The notes: a model not told the origin generated them from the sequence alone. A stretch of DNA of 64,000 nucleotides from Callorhinchus milii (GCF_018977255.1 NW_024704743.1:81966001-82030000), one strand, 5' to 3'; numbered from the stretch's first letter, positions 1-13,445 are shown. Program-made: numbers and translations.

Positions 1-63
1 TTGATCCAATAAGGCCAAGTCCTTAGCAATGCTAATGCTCACATTTATCATTGAGATAGAAGT

Positions 64-215
64 CAGAGGTGACCAGCGAAAAATACAACAGACACTGTTA
101 TAAGACATGGCTCATTTGATACCACTATCGCCTCTGGGTCAAAGGTCTGTGGGACATGGATGAAATTAGCCCGCAGGCCAGATACAAGCCATGGGCTGCC
201 AGTTGGCCCACCCTG
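64..215. mobile_element. Degenerate non-autonomous hAT-like DNA transposon (MITE)
   Basis: Ends CAGAGGTGACCAGC / GTTGGCCCACCCTG resemble CAGGGGTGGCCAAC-type TIRs; subterminal GCCCGCAGGCC motif; no clear 8-bp TSD. Confidence 0.35.
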
Positions 216-231
216 GCCTAGGATAAAAGCT

Positions 232-430
232 ATGTTGTCAACAGTGCCATCCTTTCAATGAGATGTTAAACTAAGGTCTGCCTGTTCAGGTGGATTGCAC
301 TATGTGAAAAAAAAGGAAGTTTCTCCTGGTGCCTGGGCCAACAATCCTCAAAAAAAATTGACATAGTTATTTGTAGGCTATGGTGCAAATTGGCTGCTTG
401 TCTAGAAATACACAATCATTACCCTTGATA
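232..430 (+). mobile_element. Old Deu-type (SacSINE1/AmnSINE1-like) SINE fragment
   Basis: GAGATGTTAAAC...CTGCCTGTTCAGGTGGA...CCTGGGCCAAC motifs shared with copies at 8126, 9165 and 18455. Confidence 0.6.
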
Positions 431-453
431 ACAACTACATGTGCTTTATCACC

Positions 454-1055
454 ATCATCAACAACTTGCATTTATATACAATATATATATATATCCTTCA
501 TGCAGGGTAGTGTCTTAAGAGCACAGAGCACGGTGCAGAGAAGGAATTCGAGGGACATGTAGAAGGCTGGAGTCTGCTGAGCGAAGAAGGTTGTTGGGAG
601 TAGGGTATTAGGAGGACGGAGAAGTAGGGAGGTAAGGCACTATATCAAATGCAAGGATTATTATTATTATATATTAATTGATTTATAAATGTGTGAGAAT
701 CTTGAAATCGATCTGTTTTGCATTATAATAATAATAATCCTTGCATTTGATATAGCGCTTTTCACGTCGGGAGGACGTCCCAAATTAGGAAGCAAGAGGA
801 GCCTGGCAAGAGCTGGAGTCCTGGGGTGAGGAGTTTGATATGGGTGAGAATTTTGACAGTGGAGTTTTGAGTCCGTTACATTTCATGGGTAGTGGAGGTA
901 AGGAGGCATTAGAAAAATCGAGGCAGGAGCTGACGAATGTGTTAACGAGGGTTTCAGTTGTGTTGTCGGAGAGGTTAAAGAGAGAGACCCAGGTAAGAAA
1001 GCGTTGATGAAAACCAAGGAAATGGCTTCCATCTTGTCAACATTCAGCTGCATAT
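454..1055 (-). mobile_element. Degraded L2 LINE 3' fragment interrupted by SINE tails at about 630-672 (+) and 725-785 (-)
   Basis: ACAACTTGCATTTATAT tail, purine-rich body, ATCTTGTCAACATTCAGCTG matching the L2 QLNVxKT region. Confidence 0.55.
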
Positions 1056-2414
1056 CAAATTCAAGGATACTTTATTTTTTTGTTAACTTTGTATATTCTA
1101 GTAACTTTTCAGCAAACTATGGAATTTGAAAGTTTAGGAACAGATTAGAATTTGTCAATTTGAGCCATTCTGGTTCTAATTTGCTTATAAATAGTGGGAA
1201 AAATTGCAACTTTTAACAGTTTATAGTGATCAGAATGACTTCAATGCTCTTTCTCAATATTTGTCAGAACAAATGCGTATTTTGACTTTGCATAACATCT
1301 GCAAAACTGATGTTCTGTAAATCCCCAAAGATAACTTCTGTATTACAATGGAGTATTGTTAAGGTCAGAAGTGCAGAGCAGCTCCTCACGAGCATTGACT
1401 TATTTACAATCTTGTCTGTTTTAGTGCAAATGCTACATCATCTTCAAAAGGGTAAAAGGTGAAAGGCAAGCTACTGTTGAGGTCAATCATAAAACAGCAT
1501 CATCTTTAAAGTCACGGATTTTAATAGGGATCAGGGGCTAACTTCAGTAATAGTTCCTTATGTAAATATTGCGCATGTTTCACCACCAATGCTCCTTCAG
1601 AGTCATAAGGAGTTAAGAATAACATTAACATCTTGTTACCTGTTCATTTCTGTTCATTTCCCGCCCCCCCCCCACCCACCATTTAAACATGGTGATTCCA
1701 TTAGGGAAGTAACTGAGAGTTGCTGATTATGTCATTTGGGCAGTAGCTATGAAGAGTTACTGGGCCCAACAGTGTGAAAGAGTGAGTTGACACACAAAGA
1801 TATTGTATCATACTATTATTACATAATATACAGCATTGTTAGCAACTATGAAAGCATCAGCTCAGTGCTCCCCACACCACCACCCCTCCCCAGATCTTAG
1901 CATTGCCATGAAGAGCAGGTAAGGCAGTGAGTAAGAGAGCAGAAGGTACATCCATACAGGAAGATGTGGGAAAACCATTTGATGAGTCTCCTAGTCCTGG
2001 AGCTTCCCAGCAAAAGACACTTGGTTTTTCTTGCAAGTTGTTGTTGTTGTTGTTTTCCTCACCCCACTTAATTCACACTCTTTGTGATGTTTGTGCTGGG
2101 ATGTTATAGACAAGAACAGGGAGTTAGTCACCTTTCTGCCCACAAATTAATTTTTAAAATAATAAATATTTGCATGACTTCATACACTTTAAGGTAGCAT
2201 TCAACTGTTGAGCTGGAAGAAATGGACGTTTTATGAGGTGAATTGCTTGCTTGTCTTCCTCTCCTCTTCGTTGAGTAAGCCAGTTGGATTTCAAAACACT
2301 CTATAAATAGAGTCAGATGGAATTTTCTTAGCTTCATCTACACATGCACAGTTTGCCTTTACACACAACACAAGGGGCCAGGATTCAACAATTGCACATT
2401 CCATTTACAAAGAC

Positions 2415-2745
2415 TCATACAAAGAAGGTACACTATGGAAACAGGCCACCCGGCCCAACCAGTCTGTGCTGGTGTTTATACTTCACATAAGTCTTCACCC
2501 ACTCCTTAAAGCCTCCCATACCCTTCTATTCCCTTCTCCTTCATATGAAGGTCTAGCTTCCTCTTAAATCCATCTGCACTATCTGATTCAACCATTGCTT
2601 CAAGCAGTGACTTCTACAATCTCAGTGCTATCTGCATAAAGTAGTTCCTCCTAAATTTTCTCTTAGCTCCTCTAGTTACCATCGTATATTTGTGTCACCT
2701 GGTTATGGACTTTCTAACCAATGGAAGTCTATTTATATTAACTTT
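2415..2745 (-). mobile_element. CR1 LINE 3' end fragment
   Basis: GAAACAGGCCA..CGGCCCAAC..GTCT.TGCTGGTGTT 3'UTR also present at 51175. Confidence 0.7.
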
Positions 2746-3079
2746 AATTGCCAATTTGTCCCTCAAAAAAAATTCTGTTTGGGAAATGGGCAATATGTCA
2801 TAGAGCTGCAGCATTTTTATAACTTAGTTGTTAAAGAACTTTGTTCTTGATCAGCAGGAAGTATACCCTATTTTAGACGGGCCAATGAAGAAGGATCTAA
2901 TCTCTGACCATCATGCAAGCGCATGATCTCACTGTCCTGAAGATCCATTTAATGTTTATATTATGTAATTCACTTTATAGTATATCCTGTGAAGCGCTTT
3001 GAGACATCTAAGACGCTATATCAAATTCAAGAATTATTATTATTATGTCAACTGGATTCAATTATTAGATTGCTTGTTT

Positions 3080-3330
3080 CTAGGTCAGAAGGTTGTGGGT
3101 TCAAGCCCCATAATTACAATCTAAGCAGTGTCGGAAGCACCATTCCTCAAAAAAAGCATTAACTGAGGTCCCATTTATTGGTTCAGGTACATGTTAAAGA
3201 TCCCATGGTAATATTCGAGACGGTACTTTTGCCCTGTGTTTTGGCCAAAAATCCGCAGATAAATTGGTTATTCATTTCACAGGAGTTTGAGGAACATTGG
3301 TGTACAGAGTCACAGTCACCACGTTTTATA
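3080..3330 (+). mobile_element. Old Deu-type SINE, internally deleted
   Basis: GTCAGAAGGTTGTGGGTTCAAG head; AAAGATCCCATGG core. Confidence 0.6.
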
Positions 3331-3921
3331 GCAAATTACTGTTTTTTTTAAATTTTAGGCACTAAATAAAGTGGCAGAATTTTTTGTTGTTATTGCTCAG
3401 GCCATCCTGGGTGATGGCACATCATTTAATGGTTACAAGACTAGGCTGATGGTAATGTAACATTCAAGATAATTATTGTGGTGTTAGATTTTTCACATTT
3501 TAAGCACAGTTTTAATAGAATACAGCACCTTGACTAAAACACTGACAAAGTGAAGGATCTTATTTCAATACATCAGACTGGTATCCTTCTGCTTGTCATA
3601 GCGTTGAAAATGTTCTGTATCAGTGACATTAGAATCAAATTTTAATTGCTCCCAAAGTCCTATACTACTTGTTTAATGATATCCAATTACTTTGCATGAT
3701 ACTGTAGAATTATATTACTGTAAGGCTTCATTATATTTCCCTATTATGCAAATACAATATATTTGGAGCACTTTGATATTTGAGGTTTGATTTCAAGATG
3801 TCCTAACAATGTTAAAATAATTTACTCAATAGTTTATTTGATATTATTTCATAGCTTATTATGTGGTGCCAGACAAAGTGACATTATGCATAAATTAGTT
3901 GAACTGTAATGTCCCAAATAT

Positions 3922-4003
3922 GGAGTCCTGTGGTGTCTTGGTTAGAGCACCTGCCTGCAAGCGAGAGGACCCAGCTTTGATTCCTGGGCAGCGCGAAACC
4001 TTG
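3922..4003 (+). mobile_element. Isolated tRNA-Ala-derived head of the young SINE
   Basis: GGAGTCCTGT...GCGAAACCTTG aligns to the 5' end of the 29604 copy. Confidence 0.7.
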
Positions 4004-5439
4004 CCATTGATATCACTGCCTGGCAACCTTTCCTACTGCTTGTCCAGCTAGAACTACTCTACCCGTTAGGCCTTTGGCTTGCAGCATTAACATGAGTGGG
4101 TTGATTTTCTACCCCCAGAGACTGTAGATCAAATGACAGCATAAACAGCATTTCATCATTAAATATTTGAATCAGCATCTGTCGAAGCATCCTCCAGAGA
4201 GTGACTCAGAGTGAAGTGATGCAATTACCATTGTAGCTCTAGCAGTCTTCCAGCATTCTCATCACATTTGCCTTTGGATAGCTTGAAAGAGCCCTTACTG
4301 GCTTCAACCCTGAGTTGCACTGAGGATGATGGCTGATCCTAGACCAGTGAGGTTCACAGACAGGCTAATAACTTGAAAGCAACAACGCAAGCGAATGTTT
4401 TAAAGCAGAACAGCTATTTTAAAGCAGAAATATCACCCACATTTTTTTGGACTTGAGTGTTTGCAAAATAGCCTGTCATCTCCTACTGTCACTGGGTGTG
4501 GGGTAGATGGAAACTCAGGCACTTAACTATGACTGATATATCCCTTCCTTGCCAACAATCCACCCAGATTATTTGATGGGTCTTCTCATAGCACTTTGCT
4601 GGCGTAATTGTTAGTCAAGTTTCCCTCTAAAAGCAGCTACTGCACTTGATAGTAATTTATTGTGAAGTGCTTTGATAGGTTTCAATGCGATAAATCAATG
4701 TAAAAATTCAAATTCTTCTTTTTGTTGGAAAGAAACCAAACACAGAACATTAATTATAACAATCCTTGTATTTGAGTCTTAAGTGCAAGACTTTTTCTCC
4801 AAAATGTATTAATTTCCTCTCAACTATCTTTTAATTTTGTTGTCGCACCTAACAGTTAGCTTGTGTCTATGGAAACTCTTTTCATTTCAGATACAATAGA
4901 AAGTTCATATTAATCCAAGTAACACTCCAAACTGAGCACTAGCACATCTTTTTAGGCATGATGTTCAATTCTGGTCTTAGCCTTCAAAACCATTTTGTCT
5001 TAAAATTTAAGATCAGCAGAATTATGGAGAAATGTTAAATTCATTCTGAATTTGGAAAGTCGATTTTCCACAGTTCTTAAAAAGTACTGACTTCCAAATT
5101 CAGACTGAAATTAAGAATGTTCCACAACATTGTGCAACCTTAAATTTTAAGATAAAACAATCTTATTAGGTAGAATTTTGGCCCTTGTGGGGCCCAATGG
5201 AAATGTCACAAACACTGCTGTTTAATTATGTTACAAAACCCATCCTCCATGGAATTGAGAACCTGTAACTTGCATTAAAATGGGACTTCAATTAAAAAGA
5301 ATTAAAAACAGCGCCTCTTAAATATATGAATGTTTTGGTATATAATTTATTCATAAATAATGAATACAAATATAGCTGATGGTTATGCTGATTAATGTGA
5401 TTTTTGTGTAATCAGTGGACTGAGTATTGTAAGATTGTA

Positions 5440-5650
5440 TGAGGGGTGTCATTGGTTAGAACATTACCCTTTCACCTGCTTTGAACGCAGCCTGGTCTGA
5501 TTGGGTGAAAGACATCTCTGTCGCCAGAAGAAACCTATATCAAATGCCTCTGGGCAGTCCCAACTCAGTTTATAAATGAATGAACGTCCTTAGCACAAAT
5601 TTTCCTGTAATTGGATGATCGAATTCAGAGTGGCCACATTGTTGAAAATA
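5440..5650 (+). mobile_element. LF-SINE-like fragment
   Basis: CCTTTCACCT, GGGCAGTCCCAACTCAGTT and AGCACAAA motifs resemble the recalled LF-SINE consensus; heavily diverged. Confidence 0.4.
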
Positions 5651-6791
5651 AGACAGAATTCGAAAACATTTATCTTTCCTTTCTTCTTTTTCCCCATCGC
5701 TAATTTTTGGGTTCTCCCTGTAAGTTTAAATGCGACTTCTGTATTCTAAATACCATGACTCTTTCTGAGAGCTGGTACACTTGATCGATCAAGTGGCTTC
5801 TCTGTAAAGCAAATGCTATGATTCTGTGATTTAAATCGTGTCATAAAAACATTCTTCCCCAACGGCTCATTTGGGCCACTACTTCCAATGGATCACATAC
5901 AATCTGCACAACCATGGATTCTCCTGATTTAGTTTTCTTCCCATGGCAGGCGAGTAACCATAGGTAACATTTCCTGAAGTGAAAACACTGGTATTTTCTC
6001 CTCACCCCCAAGCCAATTGATTCGACTGGGATCTTCCAGGATCTGGTCCCTCTGTGCAAGGACGGCTTTCTCACTAACCACATCTCACTAACAATCAATT
6101 TGTCATTACACCCCCGCTGGAGCTTGTCTTATTAAACAATCACTGGAAAAAAAAGATAGGATGAGATCATGTCGTTTATTATTTTCAGAGTGCAACATTA
6201 CAGATTTGAAGATCTCAACAGAGGACAGATCAGTACTGCATGGTTCTGTAAGGGCAAACGGATTTTATCTTACATCCACAGAACTACAGAAATCCCAATC
6301 ACAAAACTCATTTTGTTTCCCCCCCTCTCCCTTGTTTTCTTTTTTGTTGGGCGTGACTTGTGCTGGGGACAGTCCCACGAGTATTGAAAGTCCCCCCCCC
6401 CCCCCACCCATGTTGTCTCTGGCCAAATTAGCCTTTCCTCATGTATGAACCCAGAGAGTGAGTGTTACTGGGCTAAGGTGGGAAATCATCCCAGACAGTC
6501 CTACGTCTCCAAATATCCATACAAGGGCTGGAACATGTTACCAGCAAGGATGGTAGAGGTCAGGATACTGGCTTAGTTTAAGAACCAGTTCAATGCTGGA
6601 AGGTGTAATGTTCTGAAATGAATAGGTCAAATTGACTGAAGGGCCTTCTTGATCTATCTTTCTTTTGTGATCTCTTCTGATCAGGCTAAGCATCTTCTTG
6701 GTTTTCCCATACCATGCAACACCACTGAGAGCCAATTCCACCACCTCTGTTACTCTGCTCAGCTGAATACTCTTGACTCCAGCATTTAGAG

Positions 6792-6945
6792 ACAACAACA
6801 ACAACAACAAGATTCCATTTATAGAGCGCCGTTCACGTCGGGAGGACGTCCCAAGGCGCTGTAATACAATACAATACAATATTACATTTGTATAGAGGCT
6901 TTCACTTCGGGAGGAAGTCCCAAGGCACTGGATAGTCAGGGATTT
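6792..6945 (-). mobile_element. Two tandem solo L2 3' tails with (TTG)n and (TATTG)n ends
   Basis: Two consecutive TTCAC.TCGGGAGGA.GTCCCAAGGC units, each with its own microsatellite. Confidence 0.8.
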
Positions 6946-6989
6946 GAACAATGAAAGAAACATAGCTATCATATCTGTGCAGTAAGCAT

Positions 6990-7265
6990 ACATGCCTGGT
7001 CAGGTGGCTATTAAAGATCCCAAGAGACTTCAAAAAGAGAAGGGAGTTTCAACTGGTGTCCTGCCTAACAAACCACCAGAACAAATTGGTCATTCACTTC
7101 ATGGCTGTTTGTGGAACATTGCTATGCACAAATGGCTGCCAAATTAGCCTGCAAAATATATACATTACTTCACAGTAAATCCTGTGAAACACTTTGAGAC
7201 ATCTAAACGGTGTGATAAGTCAGTATCTGATATATGAAGTGTAAAGATTCTTATTTATTATTATA
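6990..7265 (+). mobile_element. Old Deu-type SINE 3' half
   Basis: AAAGATCCC, ATTGGTCATTCACTTCATGGCTGTTTGTGG and L2-type tail. Confidence 0.65.
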
Positions 7266-7714
7266 CACTAGTATCAGACTGGTCACAGAGTCTTCTTCCG
7301 ATCTTCTTTCCCAATAACAATTATAGGAATAAATGCTTCAATTGATTGCATAAAACGACAAAGGGTTAGCTCATTACTTAACTGAAATAAACAACTCGCC
7401 ACTTTTTCTAACCATAACAATTATCGATACTCTCCCCACACGCCCACACAGTACATAGTAAACAAAGTACTACAACTGACAGTCATTACAAGAAACTTCC
7501 ACAGAGCCTTATAAATAGCTCAGGAAGTGGGACACCAATTACACCAAGTCCAAATCAATATCACTAACTCAGCTTCACACAATTGGTACTTCAGCTTGGA
7601 AAACAATGCGTTGATTTATGTCTCTATTTGCATTTGCTATCTTTAGATATTGTTTAGAATCCCTGGGGTGAAAATTATAAACACATCAGTGAAAATTCCA
7701 GCCTAACCATTTAT

Positions 7715-8105
7715 CAAAAGATTAATTTGGATGAAGATGAACTTGGCTCATCTGATCTCATCCCTTCAGATCACCCACCCTACCATTCTCCCTTCACAGC
7801 ATCAAGCTGTTTTTTAAATGCATCCAGTGTCCCCCCACCGACAACTGTTCCAAATGATAATTACCCTCTAGGTAAAGAAAAACTTCCCAGTGTCTATCCT
7901 GAAATTACCTTGTGCATCTACTGTCTTAGTGAATCCTGAATTATATTGTTGTTTTAATTTTCAATCCCATTTAATGTGTTATACACCTCTACAAGCTCTT
8001 CTCTAAGATTGCCTTCTCTCAAGACTGAAGAGTCCTGGCTTCTCTAATTCTTGTTCATAACTCAAAATATAAAGACATTGACTGTCTCTCTCGTGTACCT
8101 CCTCT
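7715..8105 (-). mobile_element. Old CR1-type LINE 3' fragment
   Basis: Collinear with 39960-40440 (CAAGACTGAAGAGTCCTGG.TTCTCTAAT). Confidence 0.55.
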
Positions 8106-8125
8106 CCCAACTCTGACAATGGATA

Positions 8126-8500
8126 GACTCAGTTGGTAGTATTCTCACCTTTGGGGTACAAGGCTATGAGTTCAAGTCCCATATCGGGAAATGTGTTCAC
8201 ATTCTTGACTGATGCTCCAATGCAGTGCTAGTGGAGCCTGTATTGTTGGAGGTGATGACCCTCCAATAACAAGTTAAGCTGGGGTCCTGTAGGTCCGTTT
8301 AAGTTGATGATAGAAATCCCATGGTGGTATTTCTCAAGAAAAGGGAGTTTTTTCCCAAAGCCAGGCCAACAATTCTCCAGATTAATTGTTTTTTCATTTC
8401 ATGGCTCTTTGTAGGGACCTTGTGCTGTGCAAAGTGGCTGCAGTGTTTGCCTACAAATACGAAGTCACCACACCTAACTACAAAGCACTTTGAAACATTA
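8126..8500 (+). mobile_element. Old Deu-type SINE, near full length
   Basis: A-box-like CTCAGTTGGTAG, B-box-like GAGTTCAAGTCC, Deu-type body. Confidence 0.7.
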
Positions 8501-9164
8501 TACATAGCAACATCGATACTCACTATGTTGGTTCACCCATGACGAATGGCCACTTGGGTGAAGTTGCAGGAAATGTCAGATCTATGTGACAATTAATGAG
8601 GAAACTTAACAGTAACTGAGCTTGAGTTCAGGAGAAGAGGATGGGGGAAACCCAGGGAAAGGAAAAAGGGTTGTTTCTGAACATCAACTAAAAAATGCAT
8701 TTCAATATTTACTGATTAAAGGGAGAAAGTAGATTTGTCCAAAGTTAACACAAAGTAGCGAGACAAGTGTACATTTACTCATACTGTGTTTCTCATTCCT
8801 GTGTTTTACACCATAAAACTGCTGGTCAGAGGCAGGCTGGAGAATTTCCCCTGCAGTGGCATCATGAAATTCCTCTCCGCTGACATGATAAAAATCCCTC
8901 TCGCCTCCCAGTTGCTCACTCATATAATCTCTTTTAAGTGGAAGTTTATGACATTAAAGATGGGAAATGAGCACAGAATGTTTGCTTCCAGCTTGGCAAC
9001 AACCAGGGGGTCAGATTCAGGAAGAAAAAGCTTATCTGAACTATTGTGAACTCATTACCCCGATACTTGAGCACGATAGAATGCCTACAAATATACAGTA
9101 ATTACATGTTACAGTGCAGAAATCAGTCTAGCTCAATTTGGTGGTACTTGGACCCACAACCTTC

Positions 9165-9545
9165 CCCGTTGAGTCAAAACGTGTTGGGTCCAAGTGTCAT
9201 GTCGGGACTTTGAACTCACAGTCTAGGTTTACACTGCTGGAGGAGCGCTGCATTATCGGAGGTGGCGTCCTTCGGAAGAGATGTTAAACCGCTCTGCTGC
9301 CTGCCTTTTCGAGTTGATGTTGAAGATCCCATGACACTATACAAGCAAGAAAGGAGTTTCTTCCAGGTTCCTGGCCAACAATTCCACAGATTAAAATGAA
9401 CTTCATGGATGTTTGTGGAATATTCCTGTGTGCAAATTAGCTATGTTCACCTATAAAATAGTCGTTACACTTTACAGTAAAATCGTGTGATGCAATTCGA
9501 AACATTTTGAAAATGCAATGAGGAGCTACATCAAATGCAAGTCAT
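9165..9545 (+). mobile_element. Old Deu-type SINE
   Basis: GGAGGTGGCGTCCTTCGGAAGAGATGTTAAACCG core; tail ending TCAAATGCAAG. Confidence 0.7.
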
Positions 9546-10779
9546 ATTTTGAAAGATATTTCAGTGAAAATAATCCAAAACACACCTGACTGTTCCCCAC
9601 CCACCCACCATCCAATCAAAAAGTTTTCAATATCCTCTTCCTATGAAGGCAGTGTCCCTTTAAAGTACAAAATAATAATAATAAAGTACAAAACACAGTA
9701 AAAATTGCAATAATTTAGATTTACACAGTTCTACTTAAATGTGCTTTAAAGAAGAAAAGGGAGGTCTCTAAAAAATCCCTACTAAAAACAAAAGTTTCAT
9801 ATCTGGTTTAGTCCTGATTCTTGATCATGGCTCAGTATGGCTGGATCATTCACTGACGGGGCAGTGCTCATTCGCTTTGGGCTACATTTGATTTTAATTT
9901 CCATTATTCATGGGAGGTGGAGGACAGTGAGATCCTCCAAGTCTGGAGCATGGTATCAAGTGCCACTTGATCCTGCTGAGTCATTATTAGCAAAGCTTCT
10001 GAGCAGCAATTGTGGCTTGAAGGTATCTTAGGTTTCTTTTAAATATTGTGGCTCAGTGGTCTCCTATTACCAACACAAGAATAAGGTTGGCAGATTTAAA
10101 CAGGTACTAAGACAAAGCCATCTGGGATTATTTTTTACACCATAATTACTCATTTTAAGGATCACTTTAAGCACACGTGTTCTAAAATGCTTTTGCTTTT
10201 TATCTCTTGCTTCCTCGTTTTCCAACGGGACATGGTGTGTATGACAAGAAATAACAATCAGGAGAGGGTAGACACTGCAAAGGTTTCATGTAAGCCTCCT
10301 TTCCTCACAGCTCAGTGGCAAGTAATAAAGATACCTTGCCTTTGATATGGTGCCTTATCAAGTCAAAGTGTCTTGGAAGCACTGCAAACAGAAGGGATTA
10401 CTTTGACGTGGCATTGACTGTTGTAAGTAAACGTGTCTGATAATCTGAGAGAAAGCCATTTTACAAACACAAATTGGGATTTTTTTTGGGTGAATTTGGT
10501 TGAGATAGGAATTGGGGAACTTAAAACTGTTCTTCAAAATAGTGCATGAAGCTGTAATATCTATCGGAATCTGTAGTAATATGCAGCTGCGGCCTTGGTT
10601 TAAACAATAATCTTGCACTTAACATCTTTAATATCTCAAAGCACTGCACAGAGAATCGTTATCATGTGTAGACTGTATTTGTAAGCGAATCTGGTGGATT
10701 ATTGGGCTGGATATCAGGAAAAACTCCATTCTATTTTCAAATAGTCTATTGGGGCCTTTAACCTTAATCTGAATAGGCA

Positions 10780-11030
10780 ATGGGATCCTCAGTTTAATGT
10801 CTCCTCTGGATGGTATGTGTAAAAATGTAGCACTTCTAAAGCACTGCACTGGAGTGTTAACCCAAACCATGAGCTTAAAGTCACAATGTGGGGCTTCAAC
10901 CCACAATCATATAACTTTAATATCTTATTGAAAGGCACTTCCACCAACAAAGCACTCCCTCCCAGCCTCACCTAAATTATAAACTCACATCCTGGTGTGG
11001 GGCTCCAACTGAGCAAAATTGACATTAAAT
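10780..11030 (-). mobile_element. Two partial Deu-type SINE 5' halves
   Basis: GCACTGCACTGGAGTGT, GGCTTCAACCCACAA and GCACTCCCTC motifs. Confidence 0.5.
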
Positions 11031-11560
11031 GCAATACAGAGCATTAAATTGTATAGAGCAGTGAGGTCATATGTTCAATCCCTGCTTTGTGCCTAGTTAT
11101 ATTGCTTGTGTATTACTGGAGTTTACGACTCAGTGATTTGTCCTGATTATACCAGCAGTGCTAGTCAAGCAATGCAACTCCTAATGAAGTTGAAGCTGTG
11201 GAAGGGCTTCAACGTGACCATGAGCTGATCTCAGCCACATGGTGCACTACAATTGGTTTCATGAATCATGAATGATGACTTCTATTCTGGCTGGGTTCCA
11301 TCCTTCATCCCTATCCTGTATGCAAAAGCTGGAAGCTCAACCCACTAATGGCCAGAAAGATGGTGTCAAGTAGTGACTAGCAGTGCTATGTCTGGAGAAT
11401 CCCTCACAACTACATATGGTGATAGAACTCAATCCCTTTAGAGACAGGAACAACGCTCAATGCACAATTGGTTTCAGTATCCCTACAACAGGGATAACAA
11501 CTGTTCGGTTTGACCACTGATTTTGCATCCTTTTCCAATGACACCTGTGCGAGTATGAAT

Positions 11561-11661
11561 CTGGCTCAGTTGCTAGGAATTTTGTCTCTGAGTCAGTATG
11601 TTGTGGGTTCAAATCCCATGCCAGAACTTGAGCTCGTAGTTTAGGCTGATATACCAATACA
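11561..11661 (+). mobile_element. Deu-type SINE head truncated by the adjacent CR1
   Basis: GGCTCAGTTG...TCTGAGTCAG..GTTGTGGGTTCAAATCCC. Confidence 0.7.
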
Positions 11662-12360
11662 GTAGAACCAAAGAGATTTACAGCATTGAAGAAGGCCATT
11701 CCTCCCATTGTGTCTTTGTTAGGTCTTTTAGGAGCAATCCTTTCAGTCCCATTTATCTGCTTTTTCCCAATATCTCCTGTTTAGGTATTAAATCATTCCA
11801 TTTTGAAAGCTAATATGGATTCTGGCTCAACCACTGATCCTGGCAGGGTATTCCATATCCTAACTACGCTGCATGTGAAAAAAAAGTCCTAATATTTCCC
11901 ATTTACTCATCTGCTAACTATCTTAAATTGATGCCCTCTTGTCATTAACTCAGCAATGAATGGAAATAATTTCTCCCTATTGACCATATCAAAGTTCCTC
12001 ATAATTTTAAAGACATCTATTAGGTCACCCCTCAACCTTCTTTGTTCCAAGGAAAAAAGTTCTAATTCCTCCAGTCTCCGCTCATAAAAAAAACATTCAT
12101 TCCTCCTACCACCATGTAAAGCTCCTCTGCACCCCTCTTATTCACTTAATATGTTTCCTAAAGTGACCAATACTGGACACAGATTCTAACCGATATCCAA
12201 TTTATTTTTTGACAGTTTTGTCCACTTTCCTTTAAAGATTTATATATGTTAACAACTCTGCTTTCAATTCCTTTTAATATTTTATCACCCTAACTAACAT
12301 ACTTGTTCTTGTTATTCTTCCTCCCAAAATGTATGACCTCACATTTGTCTGATTCACATT
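11662..12360 (-). mobile_element. CR1 LINE 3' fragment
   Basis: GAAGGCCATTC 3'UTR; TTAGGTCACCCCTCAACCTTCT encodes RRLRGDL on the minus strand. Confidence 0.75.
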
Positions 12361-12394
12361 GCAGTTTGGGGGGAAGCACTGTATTATCCCATGT

Positions 12395-12565
12395 GCCTTT
12401 ACCTTCCGTAACCCAAGATGCTGAAGACAATTTTAGTGCCCCCAAATTGTTGCCTTAGCTGAGATGAGCTAACTCAACACAGATTGGGGAGTGAACTTAG
12501 TCCCTTCCCGTCCTGTATGGCTTGGCTGTTCACCTAATAAACTCGTTGAGCTATTAAGGCAGCTG
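12395..12565 (-). mobile_element. Third old tRNA-headed SINE family, 5' part
   Basis: Minus strand CCATACAG...TGTGTTGAGTTAGCTCATCTCAGC; relatives near 14045, 17685, 39095 and 46440. Confidence 0.55.
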
Positions 12566-13277
12566 CTTAAAATGTTTTAAGCACTCAGGAAATGACGTCA
12601 GCCAACTCAGTCACTGTAAGAGATGATGCTGGGGCTGGTTCTCAGTCTGCCTTACGCACAGATGGATGGCTCCTTTCCAGAGCAGAGCACTCATTAGCTG
12701 GAGCTTGCAGTCCTTTGAATTGCAGGGTCTTGATAAAACTTTTCACAAGTGGCAATATTTCTATTGCTATGTTTTAAACAGGAGATTAATTTCTACTTTT
12801 ATTTGGTAATTGACCCATAGAGGCCAGTGCACTCCAAAGATGTAACTGGAGAAACACCAAGAGGCAGGTCAAAGAAACAGTTCAGAATTATAAGGTTTCC
12901 AAGGTTATGGAAATGTCTCTGATTATACAGGTCCCTATGTGACCCGTACAATTTCATTTACTTTTAATGAGGCACAGCGGATTCTATTTAACAAATGCAT
13001 CTTGCTATCAGTACCCCCTTTAAAAATCAAATGCTCTTGAAGAATTATGAGCAACTTTCATTTTCTTTATTCCAGAAGTAAAACTTGAAACAATGAGTAT
13101 GCATTACCTCATTAAAGACGGGTGTCTGGAAGGAATCACCAAGGCTGACAGAGAGAGGGATTAAAAAAAATTGAAGGAAATAAAATCATCATTTGGCAGT
13201 GCAGGGAGTTAAAATTACAATCATTTCATCTCTGGAAACTGGAGGTGGGATGGGGAGGGTGGTGGTGGGGGGGGAGT

Positions 13278-13405
13278 AGGGGTTGAAATTCCACTAGTCA
13301 GTGAAGTTGCCAACCTTACTGATGTGTGTTTCAATGGAGCAATCCCTTTAAACATACACACCATCAAAGTCAGTAGCTTTAGTGCCCAGTGGAAAATGGT
13401 CCTGA
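13278..13405. repeat. Degenerate fold-back (palindromic MITE-like) element
   Basis: TTCCACT...GTGTGTTTCAATGGA inverted against TCCCTTTAAACATACAC...AGTGGAA. Confidence 0.45.
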
Positions 13406-13445
13406 GTCCTTCCAGATCCAGTTAGCCACACAGGAAGAAAGTTTA

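Noticed and set aside
1424..1450. Micro-exon reading CKCYIIFKR, reminiscent of class C GPCR TM7
   Set aside because: Only 9 codons, a weak donor and no other GPCR-like sequence nearby
8702..8923. Minus-strand ORF with FFAT-like EEFHDA
   Set aside because: A short motif in a 73-aa ORF with no recognisable homology or partner exons; likely chance
9146..9196. Inverted repeat ACTTGGACCCA...TGGGTCCAAGT
   Set aside because: Explained by an inverted piece of the SINE B-box region at the head of the 9165 copy
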